Of a stretch of 64,000 nt of DNA, positions 59,322-64,000 are shown piece by piece. A model generated the notes under the pieces. That model worked only from the letters and a program-made list of their open reading frames with translations, had not been told where the DNA came from and searched no databases. The stretch comes from Dehalococcoidia bacterium (GTDB taxonomy: Bacteria; Chloroflexota; Dehalococcoidia; Bin125): NCBI GenBank assembly GCA_963662615.2, contig CAXXSR010000001.1, positions 1,664,001 through 1,728,000 of the forward strand, written 5' to 3'. The first letter of the stretch is position 1. Each line of letters begins with the position of its first letter. A program made the position numbers and the translations under genes.

Positions 59322-60479
59322 ATGGCCACCAAGGGAGACGAGAGCGCGGGATCTACTGATCGCTCGCTGTTGCAAGCGATGAGCGATGCCATCTTGGCGA
59401 TGGCAGCCGAGCCCCGGATCGAGCGAATTCTTCAGGGCCTGGTGGAGAGCGCCGGGGCACTGGTTAACGCCCGCTACGCCGCGCTCGGCATCCCCGACGA
59501 CGAGGGCGATGGCTTCGCCAGCTTCATCTACACCGGCATGAGCGACGAGCTGGTCGCCAAGATCGGCCCGCTGCCTCGGAGGCATGGACTGCTTGGCGCC
59601 ATGCTGCGCGAGACGCGGCCCTTTCGCTCGTCCGACATCGGCAAGGATCCCCGGTTTCAATGGTGGCCGGAGGCTCACCCGCAGATGTCGTCGTTCCTTG
59701 GCGTGCCGATCGTCTCCCAAGGGAACGTGATCGGAGCGTTTTACCTGACGGACAAGATGGAGGCGGAGACGTTCTCCGAAACGGACCAAAAGACCATTGA
59801 GATGCTCGCCGCTCACGCCGCGGTCGCCATAGAGAACGCGCGGCTGTACGAGCGGAGCCGAGAGGCGTCCGTGATTGAAGAGCGGAATCGCCTGGCCCGT
59901 GAGCTCCACGACTCCGTGTCCCAAACCCTCTTCGGCATTGCGCTGACCGCTGAGGCCGCTGCGACCACGGTCGACGAAGAGCCGCACGTCGCCAAGAGGC
60001 AGCTTGAAACCCTCCGCGATTCCGCCCGCGCTGCGCATCACGAGATGCGATCTCTCATCTTTGAGCTGCGCCCGGCGGCACTGGAGTCGGATGGGTTGGT
60101 CCCGACGCTGCGGAAGCATGTCGACGTGTTGCGGCGGGTCACGCACAAGGAGATCGAGCTGCGGGACGCGGACTACACGCGTCAGCCTCCCAAGATTGAG
60201 GGCGAAGCGTTCCGCATCCTCCAAGAGGCGCTGAATAACGCCGTGCAGCACTCATCGGCCAGCCGCATCGAGATTGAGTTGGTCGTGCAGAGCGGACGCC
60301 TGCGGATCGCCGTATCCGACGACGGCATCGGCTTCCAGGCGAGCGATCCGCGAATCAGGGGCCGCCGCCTTGGCATCACGTCCATGGAAGAGCGAGCCGA
60401 AGGCCTGGGGGGCCATCTCCACATCGCCTCGGCAGTTGGCGGCGGGACGCGCGTCGAACTGGAGGTCCCCGTTGACTGA
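59322..60479 (+). CDS. GAF-domain sensor histidine kinase (HisKA_3 type)
   Basis: GAF domain (FLGVPI), EERNRLARELHDSVSQ, QEALNNA and DDGIGF motifs. Confidence 0.93.
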   Translation: MATKGDESAGSTDRSLLQAMSDAILAMAAEPRIERILQGLVESAGALVNARYAALGIPDDEGDGFASFIYTGMSDELVAKIGPLPRRHGLLGAMLRETRPFRSSDIGKDPRFQWWPEAHPQMSSFLGVPIVSQGNVIGAFYLTDKMEAETFSETDQKTIEMLAAHAAVAIENARLYERSREASVIEERNRLARELHDSVSQTLFGIALTAEAAATTVDEEPHVAKRQLETLRDSARAAHHEMRSLIFELRPAALESDGLVPTLRKHVDVLRRVTHKEIELRDADYTRQPPKIEGEAFRILQEALNNAVQHSSASRIEIELVVQSGRLRIAVSDDGIGFQASDPRIRGRRLGITSMEERAEGLGGHLHIASAVGGGTRVELEVPVD

Positions 60480-61122
60480 CACGATTAGCGTCCTGGTGGT
60501 CGATGACCATGCGGTCGTGCGCCAGGGTCTGCGAGCGTTCCTTGACGTCCAGGATGACATCGAGATCGTGGGCGAAGCGGCGGATGGGGATGAGGCGATT
60601 CGGCAGGTGCAGGAGTTGGTGCCCGACGTGGTCCTGATGGACCTCGTCATGCCAAAACTCGATGGTATCAGCGCGATTCGCGAGCTCCGTTCCCGCAGCC
60701 CATCGACCAAGGTGATCGCACTGACCACCTTCGCCGACGACGAGAAGCTGTTCGCCGCCGTGAAGGCGGGGGCCGCCGGCTACCTGCTGAAGGACGTCCA
60801 CCCTCAGCAGCTCGGCGAAGCGATCCGGAGCGTCCATCGCGGCGAAGCGCCTCTCCACCCCACGGTCGCCGCCAAGTTGATGCGAGAGGTCGCTGAGCCA
60901 CGCCGCCGTGCGGACGCTCCAGACGCTCTCACCCCGCGTGAGCTCGAGGTGCTCGGGCTCATCGCCCAGGGCAAGTCCAATAAGGAAATCGCCCTGGAGC
61001 TGCGAGTCGCGGAGAAAACCGTCAAGACCCACGTCAGCAACGTGCTGCAGAAGCTGCACCTGGCCGATCGCACCCAGGCCGCGCTCTACGCCGTTCGCGA
61101 GCACTTGGCGGATCTGGATTAG
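60472..61122 (+). CDS. NarL/LuxR-type response regulator
   Basis: VVDDH, DVVLMD, LTPRELEVL and KTVKTHVSN; TTG start at 60472. Confidence 0.93.
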   Translation: MTDTISVLVVDDHAVVRQGLRAFLDVQDDIEIVGEAADGDEAIRQVQELVPDVVLMDLVMPKLDGISAIRELRSRSPSTKVIALTTFADDEKLFAAVKAGAAGYLLKDVHPQQLGEAIRSVHRGEAPLHPTVAAKLMREVAEPRRRADAPDALTPRELEVLGLIAQGKSNKEIALELRVAEKTVKTHVSNVLQKLHLADRTQAALYAVREHLADLD

Positions 61123-61195
61123 CTCTTCCCCCAGAGGTCGTCCTTCTTCGTCGGCCTCGCCCTTCGTCTCCCTGTGCGCTCCAGGCAACACAGCA

Positions 61196-61209
61196 CCCTA
61201 GGACTAGGG
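61196..61209. promoter_or_regulatory. Palindrome CCCTAG-GA-CTAGGG upstream of the SDR/queA-like genes; candidate response-regulator operator
   Basis: Perfect 6-2-6 inverted repeat ~100 bp upstream of the SDR start. Confidence 0.45.
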
Positions 61210-61307
61210 CGAATTACCGACGCCGCGTGCGTCCGCGGTCCGATGTGGCGGGAATGCCGTCTTCCTAGATTGCAACTACACAGGTTGGTTGACCAAGGAG
61301 AACAGTC

Positions 61308-62024
61308 ATGAAACTTGAAAGACGTGTCGCTTTGGTGACTGGAGCCTCGCGCGGCCTGGGGCTCGAGATCGCCAGGGCCTACGCAGGCCGCGGCGCGAAG
61401 TTGGTGATCGCGGCACGAGGCGGGGACAGGCTCGCGGCTGCAGCTGCAGAACTGGAGCGCCGCACTGAGGTCGCTGCGCTCACGCTGGACGTTTCCGAGG
61501 ACGCCGAGCAGTTGGTGGAAGCCGGACTGCGACGCTTCGGGCGCATCGACGTGCTCGTGAACAACGCCTCCGACCTCGGCCCAAGCCCAATGCCCCCCCT
61601 GGATCAGTACCCGTGGCAAGCGCTGCAGCGCGTGCTCAAGGTGAATGTGTTGGCGCCGCTGCATCTGACGCAGTTGGTCCTGCCGGGCATGCGAGCGCGA
61701 GGGGAGGGCGTCATCATCAACGTCACCTCGGACGCTGGAGTTGCGGCCTACCCGGGCTGGGGCGGCTACGGCGCCAGCAAGGCGGCGCTCGAACACATAT
61801 CGCGGACCCTGGGCAACGAGCTTAAGGGGACCGGCGTTCGCGTCTACCTCGTGGACCCCGGCGACATGAACACGGCGATGCACCGACTGGCGGAGCCGGG
61901 CGTCAACCTCTCAGCCCTGCCCGGCCCCGAGGTCGCGGCGCCGGCCTTCGTTCGACTCGTGGAGGACGAGACGGCGCCGTTCGCGCGCGTAGAGGCACAG
62001 GCGCTTGTCGCGCCGAAGCACTAA
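61308..62024 (+). CDS. Short-chain dehydrogenase/reductase
   Basis: TGASRGLG, NNAS, YGASK and DPGDMNT motifs. Confidence 0.92.
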   Translation: MKLERRVALVTGASRGLGLEIARAYAGRGAKLVIAARGGDRLAAAAAELERRTEVAALTLDVSEDAEQLVEAGLRRFGRIDVLVNNASDLGPSPMPPLDQYPWQALQRVLKVNVLAPLHLTQLVLPGMRARGEGVIINVTSDAGVAAYPGWGGYGASKAALEHISRTLGNELKGTGVRVYLVDPGDMNTAMHRLAEPGVNLSALPGPEVAAPAFVRLVEDETAPFARVEAQALVAPKH

Positions 62025-62037
62025 GGAGAGACCGACA

Positions 62038-63075
62038 ATGCTTAGTACAATCGAGCGCCCCCAACACCGCCTCGAGTCGCTTGACTTCACGCTCCCACCG
62101 TCGCTGGAAGCCCGCGAGCCTCCAGAGGCGCGCGGGCTTGCGCGCGACGACGTACGGCTCCTGGTGAGCTATCGAGAGGACGACCGCGTCGTCGACACCA
62201 CCTTTCGCGACCTCCCACGGCTCTTGCATCCCGGTGACCTGATCGTCGTCAACGATTCCGCCACGCTCCCGGCAGCGCTCAGCGTCCTGCGAGACGACGG
62301 CAGCCAGCTCGCGCTCCACCTTTCCACGCAGCTCGCCCCAGATGAGTGGGTCGTCGAGCCGCGACACGCCGCGGTGCGGGAGGGCGAGATCCTCGAGCTG
62401 CCGGGCAGAGCGACGGCTCGCCTCCTGGCAACGTACCGCGGATCGAGCCGCCTGTGGGTGGCGCAACTGGCCCTGCCGGCCTCGCTCAGTGCCTACCTCC
62501 ACACCTGGGGCCGGCCGATCTCGTACCCCTACGTGGAGCGCGACTGGCCGCTGGAGGCATATCAGACGGTCTTCGCGAGTCGGCCGGGGTCGGCGGAGAT
62601 GCCCTCGGCTGGGCGCGCGTTGAGCGCCCGCACGCTCGAGGCGCTCGCCGATCGGGGCGTGGCGGTGCGGGCGATTACGTTGCACACCGGTGTCGCGAGC
62701 CCTGAGGCGGACGAGCCGCCGTCCGCAGAGTGGTTCGCGGTCTCAGACGAGACGGCTGCCGCGATCCGCTCTGCCAGGGCGCGGCACAGTCGCGTGGTGG
62801 CGGTGGGCACGACCGTCGTTCGGGCGGCGGAGTCCGCCGCGGACGACAACGGCGACGTGCGGGGCTTGTCCGGCTGGACCGATCTCGTGATCACGCCCGA
62901 ACGGGGCGCCGCCTCGATCGACGCGCTCCTCACGGGATTCCATGAGCCGCGCGCAAGTCATCTGCAGATGCTCGAGGCGATTGCGGGCCGCCGCCACATT
63001 CAGGTCGCGTATGCCCACGCCCTGGACCGCGGATACCTCTGGCATGAGTTCGGCGACCTGCACCTGATCCTCTGA
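62038..63075 (+). CDS. QueA-like protein (divergent SAM:tRNA ribosyltransferase-isomerase family member)
   Basis: VVNDSATLPA, YQTVFA, SAEMPSAGR, TLHTGV, VGTTVVR, TGFHEP and YLWHEFGD; several differ from canonical QueA (AAPTAGLHF, TNFHLP, YRFFSYGD). Confidence 0.85.
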   Translation: MLSTIERPQHRLESLDFTLPPSLEAREPPEARGLARDDVRLLVSYREDDRVVDTTFRDLPRLLHPGDLIVVNDSATLPAALSVLRDDGSQLALHLSTQLAPDEWVVEPRHAAVREGEILELPGRATARLLATYRGSSRLWVAQLALPASLSAYLHTWGRPISYPYVERDWPLEAYQTVFASRPGSAEMPSAGRALSARTLEALADRGVAVRAITLHTGVASPEADEPPSAEWFAVSDETAAAIRSARARHSRVVAVGTTVVRAAESAADDNGDVRGLSGWTDLVITPERGAASIDALLTGFHEPRASHLQMLEAIAGRRHIQVAYAHALDRGYLWHEFGDLHLIL

Positions 63076-63091
63076 CAGAGCATCGTCTCCT

Positions 63092-63524
63092 GGTTCTGTC
63101 AGATCGCAGGGCGCGCGAGCTTCGCGTAGCCTCGCCCATGACGCGACGAGGAGACGCCGATGCGCTGACCGCGCTGTCGTGCGACCGCCACGACCACACG
63201 GAAGCGCGCGACATCGCTGCAACTAACATTTGAACAGCTGGATTGCGCAGGATCAGCGGGCCAGCAAGCAGCGCCCCTTCTCCCTGCGTGGGTTCGGGAG
63301 TTTCGCCTCAGCTGCCCAGTTCTGCGCGGCCTTCGATGCGCTGCGCCAGGACGTCCCCGTACGGCCCCGCTCCGGCCTCCCGATCCCGTTAGCGACGCAG
63401 CGCCGGCTGTTCGTCGCCCGTTGGCGGTCCCTGATCCTGGTGATGCTGGCCGCGTAGGACACCATCGGCCGTCGCCGGATCACCACGCTTCGTTTGTCCC
63501 GCTGCCTTCAGATCTGAGAGAACC
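63092..63524 (+). mobile_element. Internally deleted IS6-family element (MITE-like, 433 bp)
   Basis: Terminal IRs GGTTCTGTCAGATC (63092-63105) and GATCTGAGAGAACC (63511-63524) match at 13/14. Remnant N-terminus MR*PRC at 63160 and transposase C-terminus LNSWIAQDQRASKQR...RGFGSFASAAQFC (63230-63457). Confidence 0.8.
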
Positions 63525-63575
63525 GGCCAGGCCGACCACTGTAGGATTCCGGACAAGCGCGAAAGGGGGAGACCA

Positions 63576-64000
63576 ATGGCAGAGATCAAGGTCTATGGAG
63601 CGCCGTGGTGCCCAGATTGCCGACGGACGAAGGCGTTCCTGGCCGAGCACCACACGCCGTACGACTGGATCGACATCGACGAGGACGCCGCCAGTCTTCG
63701 CTATGTGGAGGATCTGCAGAACGGCGGTCATAGCATTCCTACCGTCGTCTTCGCGGACGGCAGTTTCCTGGTCGAACCGTCGAATGAGGAGGTCGCGAGC
63801 AAGCTGGGCCTGGCCCTGGAACCAGAGCGGTCGTCCTACGACCTGGCGATCGTCGGCGGGGGGCCAGCGGGCCTGGCGGCGGCGATCTACGCGGCGCGCG
63901 AGGGCATGGATACGGTGGTCATTGAGAAGAGCGGCTTGGGCGGACAGGCCGGCGTGACCGAACGGATCGACAATTACCCGGGCTTTCCGGACGGCATTGG
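63576..64000 (+). CDS. trxB: Glutaredoxin/mycoredoxin-like domain fused to thioredoxin reductase (5' part)
   Basis: Manual translation: MAEIKVYGAPWCPDCRRTKAFL...IPTVVFADG...YDLAIVGGGPAGLAAAIYAAREG...GGQAGVTERIDNYPGF; runs off the window. Confidence 0.88.
   Translation, partial: MAEIKVYGAPWCPDCRRTKAFLAEHHTPYDWIDIDEDAASLRYVEDLQNGGHSIPTVVFADGSFLVEPSNEEVASKLGLALEPERSSYDLAIVGGGPAGLAAAIYAAREGMDTVVIEKSGLGGQAGVTERIDNYPGFPDGI

Noticed and set aside
1-64000. CRISPR array, tRNA, tmRNA or rRNA genes
   Set aside because: No regularly spaced repeat-spacer series or recognisable structural RNA seen by eye; a covariance-model scan would be needed to exclude small RNAs.

Overview
High-GC bacterial DNA, most likely Chloroflexota/Dehalococcoidia (inferred from the DnaN C-terminus VIMPMFVQW and gene content). 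Bases 1 to ~20,137 are the right part of a defence island. It carries a DUF262/GmrSD-like gene running off the left edge, an hsdM remnant, a complete class I DISARM operon (drmD-drmMI-drmA-drmB-drmC) and a truncated IS3. It ends in an unusual recombination module: a tyrosine recombinase with intact catalytic residues, a coupled paralogue that has lost them, a small SCO5918-like protein, and a large serine recombinase whose last codons overlap the antisense 3' end of dnaN, the probable integration site. The rest is mainly core and metabolic genes: dnaN with upstream DnaA boxes, a haem/sirohaem operon headed by an HTH regulator, a riboflavin operon with a RibD-GNAT fusion, dcd, an ECF sigma/anti-sigma pair, fba, lepB, pyrE, PPi-type pfk, ada, a short MetE, several lipoproteins and a pdxA2/DUF1537 pair. 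A GAF kinase/NarL-type regulator/SDR/QueA-like module sits between two IS6-derived remnants, and a glutaredoxin-TrxB fusion runs off the right edge. Several single-base frameshifts may be assembly errors. No rRNA, tRNA or CRISPR array was recognised. All calls come from reading motifs by eye; no database searches were run.
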